The notes below the pieces were generated by a model. That model ran no database searches. It saw nothing but the letters and a program-made list of their open reading frames with translations, and had not been told where the DNA came from. A stretch of DNA of 64,000 nucleotides from an uncultured bacterium (GTDB taxonomy: Bacteria > Actinomycetota > Acidimicrobiia > Spongiisociales > UBA5794). This document shows positions 41,031-50,197 of this stretch, in pieces. Position 1 is the first letter of the stretch, and each line of letters begins with the position of its first letter. Made by a program: the position numbers and the translations under genes. The stretch is from NCBI GenBank assembly GCA_963801165.1, contig CAWDDT010000004.1:32001-96000 (forward strand). Reading direction: 5' to 3'.

Positions 41031-42155
41031 TCACACCCTTACCTCGAAGCTGTTGGTCCAGGTGAGCAGTTCGTCGGAGAGCGAGCGGAGCACGACCGCT
41101 GATTCTGGGTCTGTGTCATCGGCAGCATCGATCACCTGATGCATCCGCTTGGCCATACGGGCAAGCCGGGAGGTGAATGCCTTGATAGCAGTGGGCTTGT
41201 CGTATGGACCCGGACCCAGTGGTTCATAATTCAAGTCCTGATAGACAGTGTTGAGGCGACCGTCGGGAGCGACTCCCAGAGTACGCATCCGCGCCGCAAT
41301 TGCGTCACAACCTGCTCTGACGAGTGCGTCGAAGTCGTCTAGCTGCTCGCGCAGTGTCTCGGCATCGTCATCGACGTTCCAGCGCAAATGCTGGATTTGG
41401 AGAGTGAGATCAACCAGATCACCGAGTACCCGCTGTAGCCCGTGTCCGTCGCCGGCGGCAGCCGCACGGTCGTCCGATCCGTTGCTGCCGGCCTGGCTGT
41501 CGTTGTTCCGCTGGTACCTGTCTCTGTCGAACGGCGGCAGTGCGCCAACCGTGGTTGGATCCACACTCAGGTGGACGCCGCCGTCGCCGATGCGTTGTAC
41601 AAAGGTGATCGGTACAGCGCGTTCTGGTGCGGGCACGTCGTAGTTGATGACGAGGTGCGTCGCCCGGCCATCTTCATTGGTGATGACCTCGCTGATCGTC
41701 CCGATCTGGTCACGATCCTTCGAAAAGACAGGCGACTCCGGCTCCAGAGCCACCGCACGCTCCGGAATGTTTCGAGCCGTCACGGTCCTCGTGTATGGCA
41801 ATTCAGGCGGCAGTGGAGCCCCATAAGGGCCGTACCACGCGAGCGACGGAATGGTCGGGTTCGGGGTTGGTGTACCCGAAGCGTCCGTAGCGCCGGATGG
41901 GTTGACCGCCACATATCGGCTCTCGTCAAAGGGCCGGTACTCATCGGGTCTGGCGCTGTCCTTGAGTTCGACGCGCTCCTTGGTGGCTGTGGCGATGTCG
42001 GAGACGGGGACGATCTTCTCCTCAGGCAGGAAGATGCCCTTGCGTACCACCAATTGTGTGACCTCGTCTGCCACCGGATCGATGATGATGCGATCGATCT
42101 TGCCCAGGTCGTCATTGCGGGCGGTATAGACGCGTGCGTTCTCATTGAATTCCAT
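41031..42155 (-). CDS. Fusion of two PRC-barrel domains and a degenerate Dps/ferritin-like domain
   Basis: LGKIDRIIIDP..VTQLVVRKG, IGTISEVI..ATHLVI; LQRVLGDLVDL..WNV..QLDD..DAIAARMRTLG.APDGR; AAAGGAG RBS. Confidence 0.8.
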   Translation of the reverse strand: MEFNENARVYTARNDDLGKIDRIIIDPVADEVTQLVVRKGIFLPEEKIVPVSDIATATKERVELKDSARPDEYRPFDESRYVAVNPSGATDASGTPTPNPTIPSLAWYGPYGAPLPPELPYTRTVTARNIPERAVALEPESPVFSKDRDQIGTISEVITNEDGRATHLVINYDVPAPERAVPITFVQRIGDGGVHLSVDPTTVGALPPFDRDRYQRNNDSQAGSNGSDDRAAAAGDGHGLQRVLGDLVDLTLQIQHLRWNVDDDAETLREQLDDFDALVRAGCDAIAARMRTLGVAPDGRLNTVYQDLNYEPLGPGPYDKPTAIKAFTSRLARMAKRMHQVIDAADDTDPESAVVLRSLSDELLTWTNSFEVRV

Positions 42156-42185
42156 GGATCTCCTTTCTCGTTCCATGCCGGAGAC

Positions 42186-42212
42186 CTACCCGTTTGAGCC
42201 GTGATGCAAACC
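42186..42212 (-). promoter_or_regulatory. SigB/SigF-type promoter for the PRC-Dps gene
   Basis: GGTTT-N16-GGGTAG on the minus strand. Confidence 0.75.
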
Positions 42213-42229
42213 CGGACAGGATCACACCA

Positions 42230-42256
42230 GGTTTGGAAAGGAGCCACAGCGGGCAC
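42230..42256 (+). promoter_or_regulatory. SigB/SigF-type promoter for the small protein at 42293
   Basis: GGTTT-N16-GGGCAC. Confidence 0.6.
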
Positions 42257-42292
42257 TTCTGCGCGAGTCGAGCAACAGAGGGGGCCAACACC

Positions 42293-42487
42293 ATGAAGGC
42301 CGTATCCGCCATCGTCGTCGCCGCAATCGTCACAGTTGTCGCAGTTCTGATCTTCGCGCGTCGTGGACGCGAGGTCCCAGGTGAGTTCGCGCCAAAGCAT
42401 GAGCAAAGGACCCAGGACGGCGGCTCGGTTGTCGAAGAGTGGGGTGAAGAGTCATTCCCCGCCAGCGACGCACCGCAGTCCTGGTAG
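42293..42487 (+). CDS. Small membrane protein with an ESFPASD motif
   Basis: TM helix then VVEEWGEESFPASDAPQSW; GAGG RBS. Confidence 0.7.
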   Translation: MKAVSAIVVAAIVTVVAVLIFARRGREVPGEFAPKHEQRTQDGGSVVEEWGEESFPASDAPQSW

Positions 42488-42491
42488 CCGA

Positions 42492-43775
42492 TCAGGCCTT
42501 CTCCACCTCGGGCAAGCCCCTGGCGGCAAACGCTCCAGCGACGCCCGCCAATGCAAGGCCGCCCAGGGTCAACTGGCTACCCAAGACGCCGGTCAGAGTC
42601 GAGATCGCACCGGTGCCAAGCAGCACAACGCCGATGACTGTGTTGGATGCAGCTACATAGTTGGTGCGCTGGTCGCCTGTGCCCATGTCTACAACGTACG
42701 TCTTTCTCCCCATACGTGCGCCCGCGTGGGCCACCGCGAGCAGAAAGTAGATGGTGACCGTCAACCAGAGTGGGTCGCCGACCAGCTGGCGGGCAAAAAG
42801 AAACACAAATACGATCACCCCTCCACCCAGCGCCGCAGCCGCCATCACTGAGCGACTGGAGTGATCGCTGAGTCGACCCCACCCCGGTGAGCCGAGGAAC
42901 GAAGCGGTCCCTGCGGCAATTACAAACGGGCCGAGGCCGCGCAGAGTGGCGGAAGTTGAGGCGGCCAACGCGATAACCAGAGGAGGGCTGAGCGCAGTGA
43001 CCAGGAGCAGTGATCTCGCCGCAATGAATCTTCGGAAATGCGGATCACGTCTGAGCATCGAGACGATTGGTTCGGCCCCAATGGTGTCATCGTGGCTCGA
43101 TCGATTCTCCTCAATCGTCGCAAACACCCCACCGGCGGCCACCCAGAGAGCGGCGGCCCCTGCGACGATGGCCACCAGCAATGTCGACTCGGTCTTACCG
43201 CCGAGCAGAGCGACTGCACCGCCGGCCGCTATGGCAATCACCCCGGATATCGCGGCTGCGATGCCGGTGATCGATCCACGTTGCCCTTTGGGAATCGTCT
43301 TGCCGATCACATCCTTGGCGGATATGGAAGAGAGTGACCTCGATATGGCAAACATGGCGAGCGAGAGCAGCATCGCTGCGGCAGCGACTGCGCCAGACCA
43401 CAGGGTTGCGCTGGCTGCTATGGCCAGCACGGCAATCGCCTGCCCGACGCTGCCGACGATCCAGACATATTTCCGCAGAGCGAACCGCCGCACCCAGCGG
43501 ACCAGCAACGCCTGAGGCAGCAGCGACCCGGCTTCGCGGATGGGGACCAACAGGGTGGTGCCAAACGACGGGGCACCGACCGCGTGCATCAGCCACGGAA
43601 GGGTGGTCTTTGGGTCGACAACGCGATCGCCCAGTTTGGTGAGTGTGAAGGCACCGATGAGCCTGGCGGCGTTCTCGGGAACCTCGTGGCACGCGTCGTC
43701 GGGCAGATCCGGGCACCCATCATCTTCGGTGTCATCAACGGCAAGCGAGTAGAGACGGGTGGCGGCTTGGGACAT
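42492..43775 (-). CDS. MFS transporter
   Basis: About 12 TM segments; LVPIREAGSLLPQ, WGRLSD, GRKTYVVDM. Confidence 0.88.
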   Translation of the reverse strand: MSQAATRLYSLAVDDTEDDGCPDLPDDACHEVPENAARLIGAFTLTKLGDRVVDPKTTLPWLMHAVGAPSFGTTLLVPIREAGSLLPQALLVRWVRRFALRKYVWIVGSVGQAIAVLAIAASATLWSGAVAAAAMLLSLAMFAISRSLSSISAKDVIGKTIPKGQRGSITGIAAAISGVIAIAAGGAVALLGGKTESTLLVAIVAGAAALWVAAGGVFATIEENRSSHDDTIGAEPIVSMLRRDPHFRRFIAARSLLLVTALSPPLVIALAASTSATLRGLGPFVIAAGTASFLGSPGWGRLSDHSSRSVMAAAALGGGVIVFVFLFARQLVGDPLWLTVTIYFLLAVAHAGARMGRKTYVVDMGTGDQRTNYVAASNTVIGVVLLGTGAISTLTGVLGSQLTLGGLALAGVAGAFAARGLPEVEKA

Positions 43776-43784
43776 GTATCGGCC

Positions 43785-44117
43785 TCAACTCCGGGCGGCC
43801 ATCATCGAGGCGTCGAACGGCTCAATCATGATGCACTCACCCGGGCATTCCTCGGCGGCCTCAACGGCAACTTCGATCTGATTATCCGGGATCCTGGCCA
43901 CACCCCTGGCGCCGTCGGGCCCATGGCCATCTCCGTCGGCTCCGTCGAAGACGATTGTTTCTCCGAAATTGCTCGACTCTTCCTTGACCACCCACAGGCC
44001 GTCATCCCGCCCCATGAATACGTCGGGGCAGATCTCTTCGCAGATGCCGTCTCCGGTGCACAGATCTTGATCGATCCACACCATCAGTTGGGTCCCGTCA
44101 GCCATCGTCTTTGTCAC
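43785..44117 (-). CDS. Single-cluster ferredoxin
   Basis: IDQDLCTGDGICEEICPDVF..AEECPGECI. Confidence 0.9.
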   Translation of the reverse strand: MTKTMADGTQLMVWIDQDLCTGDGICEEICPDVFMGRDDGLWVVKEESSNFGETIVFDGADGDGHGPDGARGVARIPDNQIEVAVEAAEECPGECIMIEPFDASMMAARS

Positions 44118-44530
44118 GCTCCCTGTGAGTCGGCGGTGGAGCGGAGTGTCCTTATCCGCCGCGCTTCTGCGCTCGTCTTCTCGAGCAGATCGATGCCGTG
44201 GTTGAAGGACCGGGCGTCGCGGCCGTGCTTGATGTAGGTCAAGCCTTCGACCTGCCGGATGGAACGTGCGGTTCGTCCCAAGCGCTTTGCGATCCTCGAG
44301 TAGGTCTCGCCCCTCGAGCGGAGTGCGATAACACGCCGCTCAATCGGGCGTGGACCGGGCCGGTGCCGTCGACCGTTCCGCTCGAGCTTCATCCATTTGA
44401 GCATGCGCCGCACGAGACCCGGGCTTTTCTGTATCCGATCGGCGATTTCGGTGATCCCATCGCCCTTGTCACGCATCTGGCGCACGACCCGCTCGATCGG
44501 GCGCAGCTTCTGTGTCGGTACCTGCTTCAT
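44114..44530 (-). CDS. Tandem-HTH protein
   Basis: Repeated RPIER.V...R..G....IA.R..... unit; GAGG RBS before MKQV; stop overlaps the ferredoxin start. Confidence 0.72.
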   Translation of the reverse strand: MKQVPTQKLRPIERVVRQMRDKGDGITEIADRIQKSPGLVRRMLKWMKLERNGRRHRPGPRPIERRVIALRSRGETYSRIAKRLGRTARSIRQVEGLTYIKHGRDARSFNHGIDLLEKTSAEARRIRTLRSTADSQGA

Positions 44531-44730
44531 ATCAGTTCGTTCCTCTCTTCTCGTTCCGTTGGCATTACCTTCTGCGCCACCTTCTGCCTCACCTTCTGCG
44601 GCGGGCCGCCAGATCGAGGTATCTTCCTCGACCTTCTCGATCAGGAACGCCGGTGCCGCAACCATGGAGTGTCTGTGCGGCCCGGGCTGTGCAACGCGCC
44701 GGTGCAACGCCTTCACCGTTGCCCGTAGGT

Positions 44731-44762
44731 TTCATGTGTAGAAACGTTCATGTGTAGAAACG
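44731..44762. repeat. Exact 16-nt tandem direct repeat
   Basis: TTCATGTGTAGAAACG twice. Confidence 0.85.
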
Positions 44763-44815
44763 GTTGTGTAAGCCACTGATACCCCACTCGTATGCTCGTT
44801 CAGGGTGTCCTTGCC

Positions 44816-44842
44816 ATACCCGGCGCGGTGGTGCACCAAACC
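44816..44842 (-). promoter_or_regulatory. SigB/SigF-type promoter for HTH-ferredoxin-MFS
   Basis: GGTTT-N16-GGGTAT on the minus strand. Confidence 0.72.
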
Positions 44843-44865
44843 CATGAACGGCCAAACCCATGAAC
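44836..44865. repeat. 14-nt direct repeat with 16-nt period
   Basis: CCAAACCCATGAAC at 44836 and 44852. Confidence 0.85.
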
Positions 44866-44881
44866 CTTTGTTGCAGAAGTT

Positions 44882-44908
44882 GGTTTCAAGTTCTGTCTCG
44901 AGGGGTAT
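44882..44908 (+). promoter_or_regulatory. SigB/SigF-type promoter for the anti-sigma gene
   Basis: GGTTT-N16-GGGTAT. Confidence 0.75.
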
Positions 44909-44982
44909 CGACCGTGAGAGCTGTAAGTGCGAGCCAGTGTGAATCCGAATCTGCAGTTAGGCTCGGTCTGGCTGAGGTACGC

Positions 44983-45354
44983 ATGCAAGTGAGCGAGGCA
45001 AAATTCCCGGCGGACGCTGCTGCGCCCGCTGCGGCGCGTCGGTTTGTACGCGAGGCAGGGATTGTGCCCGAGGACCGTGTCGAGGATGTCGTGCTTCTGG
45101 TCAGCGAGCTAGCGACCAACGCCGTAAAGCACGGGCCGGATCAAGCTGAGATGATCCGGGTTCGGATCACGAAATTGGCCGACTCGGTCCGCGTAGCGGT
45201 TGAAGATCCCGGCTCGGGCTTTGATGACCCAACACCAGCGCCGAGACGCCCGGGTTCGGGAATGGGTCTCTACCTGGTCCATGAACTTTCCAGCAAGTGG
45301 GGTATCGAAGGAGATGGTCAGACGGTGGTCTGGTTCGAGATCGCCGGTGGTTAG
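44983..45354 (+). CDS. rsbW: RsbW/SpoIIAB-like anti-sigma factor kinase (HATPase_c)
   Basis: LLVSELATNAVKHG, VEDPGSGF, GSGMGLYLV..KWG; GAGG RBS. Confidence 0.85.
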   Translation: MQVSEAKFPADAAAPAAARRFVREAGIVPEDRVEDVVLLVSELATNAVKHGPDQAEMIRVRITKLADSVRVAVEDPGSGFDDPTPAPRRPGSGMGLYLVHELSSKWGIEGDGQTVVWFEIAGG

Positions 45355-45357
45355 CGG

Positions 45358-46440
45358 CTAGTCGGATCCCTGTATCCACTTTCGGAGCGACTCAACCGAT
45401 CGTGCCAGGAGCCGTGACACGTGCATCTGCGAGATCCCGACTCGCTCCGCTATCTCGGCCTGGCTGAGGTCTTCGTAGAACCGAAGATATAGGATCCTCT
45501 GCTCCCGCTCTGGGAGTTGATCCATAACCAACGACAGATCGGACCACTCTGGTGCCATGTCGAGGCGTGCGTCGTGGGATGGCAAGACGTCGCGGAGGGC
45601 ACGCGCATCCTCGTCGCCTCTCGGGGCATCGAGTGAGGTCGCGGAGAACGACTTGCGTGCCAGGAGCGCCTGGCCCACTTCACCGGGGTCGGCGTCGATA
45701 TGCTCGGCAAGCTCGTCGAGAGTGGGCTCGCGCCCCTCAGATTGCTCCAGTTGCTCGGCGGCGAGTTTGGCCTCGAGGCCGAGCTCCTGCAAGCTGCGGG
45801 GAACCCTTAGTGACCAGCCCGAGTCACGCAAGTACCGTTTCAGCTCACCGTTGATGGTACGGGCCGCAAAGGTTGTGAACCTGACTCCCCGGTCGGGGTC
45901 GAAGCGGTCGATCGCCTTGATCAGGCCTACTGCGGCTACCTGCCCCAGCTCGTCCCGCTTCAGGCTCGGCCCGGCGAATCTGCGTGCCAGGGAGTAGGCA
46001 AACGACTCGTAGCGACGTATCAGCTCGGCTCGTGCCGGAGTATCCCCCGAGGAAGCCCTGGCAAATAGATCTGATTCCCCGGTGCCTGCAGTGAATGTGT
46101 AAGGGTGATCGAGGGTGAATACTGCTTGGCCGGGCTCGACGAACCAGGTGGATGCCAATGTCTCCAACAGTTCCTCGGCGAGGGGGTCGAGCGACTCCGC
46201 GATGCCATCGCTGCTGGCGGCTACGCGGATCCCGGTGCCGTTGCGCACCACCTCCAGGGTTACCGGAGCGTCGACGTCGATGGCCACCGCCATAACCAGC
46301 TCGTTGACGAGGACCATCAAATCCGAGCGGTCCCTGGCGCGCAGATCCCCAACCATGTCTCTGAGGGCGCGTCGGGCGGCGCGTGCGGCGCTTGCAGTAG
46401 GGAGCTCGAAGCGAGCGGTGTGCTCTCCTCCTCCGGTCAC
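45358..46440 (-). CDS. SigB/SigF/SigG family sigma factor with an N-terminal degenerate RsbW-like domain
   Basis: VGLIKAIDRFDP, TINGELKRYLRD, LRVPRSLQE, SQAEIAERVGISQMHVSRLL; the first ~115 aa resemble HATPase_c. Confidence 0.9.
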   Translation of the reverse strand: MTGGGEHTARFELPTASAARAARRALRDMVGDLRARDRSDLMVLVNELVMAVAIDVDAPVTLEVVRNGTGIRVAASSDGIAESLDPLAEELLETLASTWFVEPGQAVFTLDHPYTFTAGTGESDLFARASSGDTPARAELIRRYESFAYSLARRFAGPSLKRDELGQVAAVGLIKAIDRFDPDRGVRFTTFAARTINGELKRYLRDSGWSLRVPRSLQELGLEAKLAAEQLEQSEGREPTLDELAEHIDADPGEVGQALLARKSFSATSLDAPRGDEDARALRDVLPSHDARLDMAPEWSDLSLVMDQLPEREQRILYLRFYEDLSQAEIAERVGISQMHVSRLLARSVESLRKWIQGSD

Positions 46441-46763
46441 GCCGAATCGGAGAGGGCCGAGAAATCGTCGACAACGGCGAACACCTGGGCCATGTCTGTG
46501 AGGCTCAACAGCCGTTGTACCACCGCGCTGGGGGAGATCAGAGCAACAGGTTCGGCCGTCTGGTTGAGCTGGAACAGCGCACGTAAGCCGCTCGAGTCGA
46601 TGAATCGGACGCCGGAGAGGTCTATCGCTAGATTCCCGTCGACCTCGGCGCTGGATTCGAGGAGGCGGGGCGCGGTGGCCATGTCGAGATCCCCGCTGAC
46701 AGAGACCCTCGTCCAGATACCGTGCTTGTCTACGGCAATGTCGATTGGCAGCTCTTCTGGCAT
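46437..46763 (-). CDS. rsbV: STAS-domain anti-sigma antagonist (RsbV-like)
   Basis: VSGDLDMATAP, DLSGVRFIDSSGL; GTGA overlap with the sigma gene. Confidence 0.85.
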   Translation of the reverse strand: MPEELPIDIAVDKHGIWTRVSVSGDLDMATAPRLLESSAEVDGNLAIDLSGVRFIDSSGLRALFQLNQTAEPVALISPSAVVQRLLSLTDMAQVFAVVDDFSALSDSA

Positions 46764-46942
46764 ATGGGCGAGGCTCCAGTCGGCGACCGAGGGATACATG
46801 GGCGCGTCGCTTGGAGGTCCGGGCACCCTCTGCGCAATGCGCCCGCTGAGTATAGAAGGACTGGCCTCAGTCCGATCGACGCGGCGCGACCATGCTGGGC
46901 CGGTTTCGAAACAGAAGTGGGGCCGTGCAGATAGGATTGGTC

Positions 46943-48544
46943 ATGTCGGTGGTTGTAGAGATAGGGAATGCGATAACTCGGCAAGCGTTTTCACACCTAG
47001 AGGTGCGTTACGAGTCGCTTCGTGCGCTCGCCATCGATCTGGCCGCGGCAACATCGGTTGACGAAGTCACGGCGGCGATTGCATCAACGGCGGCAAGAGC
47101 ACTTGATGCGCTTGTGTGTGGCGTTCTGGTGGTGCGCCAGGGCGTCGACGGTGTCCATTCGGTGATCAAGGAAGCCGATCGCGATCTGAAGGCAGTTCTG
47201 GATGCCTGCCCGGGGCTACTGGACTCGATGTGGAAAGCGGTCGACCAGGAGATGCCCGCGCGACTCGACCTCGATGTGTGCGAAACCGCACGCGTCGGGT
47301 CGGCCGAGGTGTACCCGATCCCACTGGAGCCGCGCCGTGTGGCAGTTTTGGTGCTGGCCTGGAGCGGGCGCGCCCTTTCCTCATCCGACATTGGAGCTGT
47401 TGTCGGGTTGTGCCGGGCCGCACTAGTCCGGGCCTGGGCCACCCGCCGGGTTCGTGAACTGTCCCCCATCATGGATGCGCTCTTCGAACAAGCGGCGATC
47501 GGATTGGCGTTCCTGGACACTGATTTGCGCTATCAACATGTGAACCACCGTCTCGCTGCTATCCACCAGCGGCCGGTCTCGGAGCATCTCGGCCGGACGC
47601 TGCGGGAGATGACGCCCCACATGGCAGACACCGTTGAGCCCTTGTTGCGCAAGGTGATCGAAACTGGTGAAGCTACCGGCAAGGTCGAAGTGACGGGCCC
47701 GGCGCCGGACGGGAATGGCTCGGCGATCTTCGAAGTCGCCTACCTGCCCGTTGAGGTCGACGGTGAGGTTGTTGGCGTTGCCGCTGTTGTCGATGATGTC
47801 ACCGAGGACCGGTTGCGGCTCGAGGACCTGCGGCACCGCTATGAGTTCGAGCGAGACGTCGCTGCCCGGCTGCAACGCGGGCTGACCCCACGTGACTTGC
47901 ACCAGCCGGAGGGCTACGAGGTGGCGACCAGTTATGCGGTCGGCTCTGCGGGCCTTGGGATCGGTGGAGACTGGTACGACGTCATCGAGCTCCGCGACGG
48001 GTGTGTGGCTTTTGTCATGGGGGATGTTGTCGGGCACGGTCTCGACTCGGCGCTGGCCATGGTGAGGCTCCGGCACACGCTGGCCGGTCTCGCCCATTCC
48101 GGGCTCGATCCAGTCGAGGTCCTCGGCAAGCTCGACGAATATGCTACCGACACCGGTGATCAGTTCGTAGCCACCCTTGTGTATGGCTTGCTCGAGCCGG
48201 AAGGGGGTGGGATCACGTTGAGCTCGGCGGGTCACCTACCCCCATTGCTGATCACCACGGCGCACGTCGACCCTATCCACGCCGCGGGCACGCCGGTCGG
48301 GGTGACGGCAGGAAAGCGCACCCCGACTAACTTCTCGATGGATCACGGAGACACGCTCCTGCTATACACCGACGGGGTGATCGAAGAGCGTGGAGAGTCG
48401 GTGGCGATAGGTCTGCAACGACTCATGGATCTGGCTAGTAAGCCGTTCTCGTCGGCCCAGGAGTTGGCGGACAGGATCTCTGCCGAGGCGGCCCGACACA
48501 ACAACTCGGATGACGCCGCCGTAATGGTGCTGCGCCGATTCTGA
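46943..48544 (+). CDS. GAF/PAS-containing SpoIIE/RsbU-type PP2C phosphatase
   Basis: PAS (AIGLAFLDTDLRY..VN), GGDWYD, GDVVGHG, AGHLPP, LYTDG, DD; start uncertain (46892-46943). Confidence 0.9.
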   Translation: MSVVVEIGNAITRQAFSHLEVRYESLRALAIDLAAATSVDEVTAAIASTAARALDALVCGVLVVRQGVDGVHSVIKEADRDLKAVLDACPGLLDSMWKAVDQEMPARLDLDVCETARVGSAEVYPIPLEPRRVAVLVLAWSGRALSSSDIGAVVGLCRAALVRAWATRRVRELSPIMDALFEQAAIGLAFLDTDLRYQHVNHRLAAIHQRPVSEHLGRTLREMTPHMADTVEPLLRKVIETGEATGKVEVTGPAPDGNGSAIFEVAYLPVEVDGEVVGVAAVVDDVTEDRLRLEDLRHRYEFERDVAARLQRGLTPRDLHQPEGYEVATSYAVGSAGLGIGGDWYDVIELRDGCVAFVMGDVVGHGLDSALAMVRLRHTLAGLAHSGLDPVEVLGKLDEYATDTGDQFVATLVYGLLEPEGGGITLSSAGHLPPLLITTAHVDPIHAAGTPVGVTAGKRTPTNFSMDHGDTLLLYTDGVIEERGESVAIGLQRLMDLASKPFSSAQELADRISAEAARHNNSDDAAVMVLRRF

Positions 48545-48665
48545 CGATCCTCGATAGCGCGACCGATTCCAGTCGGTTCGGCGGACTACAACACGGGCTA
48601 GGACGGTTCGACGCTGATCTGTAATCTCGGGATGGATCAGTGTCGAAGAGCACGAAGGAGTTGCC

Positions 48666-50108
48666 GTGACGCTCGTTGCTGGGGTCGACTGCTCTACTCA
48701 GTCCACCAAGGTCTTGGTCGTCGATCTCGAGTCGGGCGAACAGATCGCCATCGGGCGAGCCTCCCACGTGGTGTTCGGTACCGGTGGGGCCCGTGAGTCC
48801 GACCCCGAGGGCTGGTGGACCGCATTGCGGGACGCCGTCGCCATGACAGGCATGGGCGCCGAGATCGGAGCCATATCCGTCGCCGGTCAGCAGCACGGCA
48901 TGGTGGTGCTCGACGCCGCCGGCCGCCCGCTGCGAGCTGCCAAGCTCTGGAACGACACCGAATCTGCGCCGGATGCGGCAGCGCTGGCCGAAGCCCTTGG
49001 TGGCCCCGATTGGTGGGCGAACCACATCGGATTGGTTCCGGTTGCCTCATTCACGGCAACGAAGTGGGCCTGGCTGCGTCGTATGGAGCCCGATGTCGCG
49101 GCTGCGACCGCGGCGATCCGGCTGCCTCACGATTTTGTCACGGAGCGCCTAACGGGAGTCGGTGCATCCGACCGCGGAGATACCTCGGGTACCGCATGGT
49201 GGTCCACCGAGACCGGCGAATACGCTGCCGCCGTCCTGGAGCACGCGTTGATCCAGCTGGATCCGGCACTTCTCCCCAAAGTCCTCGGGCCCGATGAGCG
49301 CGCCGGGACCGTCACGACGGCGGCGTCGGAGTTTCTCGGGATCCCGGAGGGCATTGCGGTCGGGCCCGGCACGGGCGACAACGCCGGTGCTGCGGTCGGT
49401 CTCGGGCTGGAGTCCGGAGTTCCGGTGATCAGCCTCGGCACCTCGGGTACCGCGTTCATGGTCTCGGAGTCCCGGATCATCGACCCGACCGGGACGGTTG
49501 CCGGGTTTGCCGACGCCACCGGGCGGTTCCTGCCTCTGGCGGCGACCCTCAATTGCACTGTGGCCGTCGACCGGCTGGCGGCGTGGCTCGGTCTCGACCG
49601 CGAGGATGTTGCCAACGAGACCGGGGTGGTGGTACTCCCGTACTTCGATGGCGAGCGCACCCCCAATCTGCCGAACGCCGCAGCAACCATCGTTGGGCTC
49701 CGGCACACAACCGAGCCGCGCGAGATCCTGCTCGCTGCCTATCGCGGCGCCGTTGTCGGCTTGCTCGATGCGTTGGACGTGATCGATAGCCGGAGCTCGG
49801 GTATCGCCGAAGACGCACCGGTCGTTCTCGTCGGCGGGGGCGCCAAGGGAGAGACATGGCGGAAAGTCGTCGGGCGGATGACGGGCCGGGCGGTGCAGAT
49901 TCCGGAGAACACCGAGCTGGTCGCCCTGGGTGCAGCCGCTCAGGCCGGGGCCATGGTCACGGGGGAGACCCCCGACGAGGTCGCCCGTCGCTGGGATACT
50001 CGCAGGGGGACGACGCTCGACCCCGTGCCGCGAGACGACGAGGCCAGAGCACGCATCGATCGGGTCCGGGAACTCACCGCTGAGTTCAACGAGGAGCGTC
50101 TCGGCTGA
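48666..50108 (+). CDS. xylB: Xylulokinase (FGGY family)
   Basis: AGVDCSTQSTK, GQQHG, LWND, LPHD, GTGDN, SLGTSG, GERTPNLP; AAGGAG RBS. Confidence 0.9.
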   Translation: MTLVAGVDCSTQSTKVLVVDLESGEQIAIGRASHVVFGTGGARESDPEGWWTALRDAVAMTGMGAEIGAISVAGQQHGMVVLDAAGRPLRAAKLWNDTESAPDAAALAEALGGPDWWANHIGLVPVASFTATKWAWLRRMEPDVAAATAAIRLPHDFVTERLTGVGASDRGDTSGTAWWSTETGEYAAAVLEHALIQLDPALLPKVLGPDERAGTVTTAASEFLGIPEGIAVGPGTGDNAGAAVGLGLESGVPVISLGTSGTAFMVSESRIIDPTGTVAGFADATGRFLPLAATLNCTVAVDRLAAWLGLDREDVANETGVVVLPYFDGERTPNLPNAAATIVGLRHTTEPREILLAAYRGAVVGLLDALDVIDSRSSGIAEDAPVVLVGGGAKGETWRKVVGRMTGRAVQIPENTELVALGAAAQAGAMVTGETPDEVARRWDTRRGTTLDPVPRDDEARARIDRVRELTAEFNEERLG

Positions 50109-50197
50109 GCACGATGTAGGTCAGCTGTCCCCAAGGGTGATGCTGATCACAATTAGCATCACCACTCGAGAATCTGTCGAGCTCGATCACACTTTGT

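Noticed and set aside
44567-44602. ACCTTCTGC three times at 12-nt period
   Set aside because: Short low-complexity repeat (AEG units in a doubtful ORF extension) with no functional support
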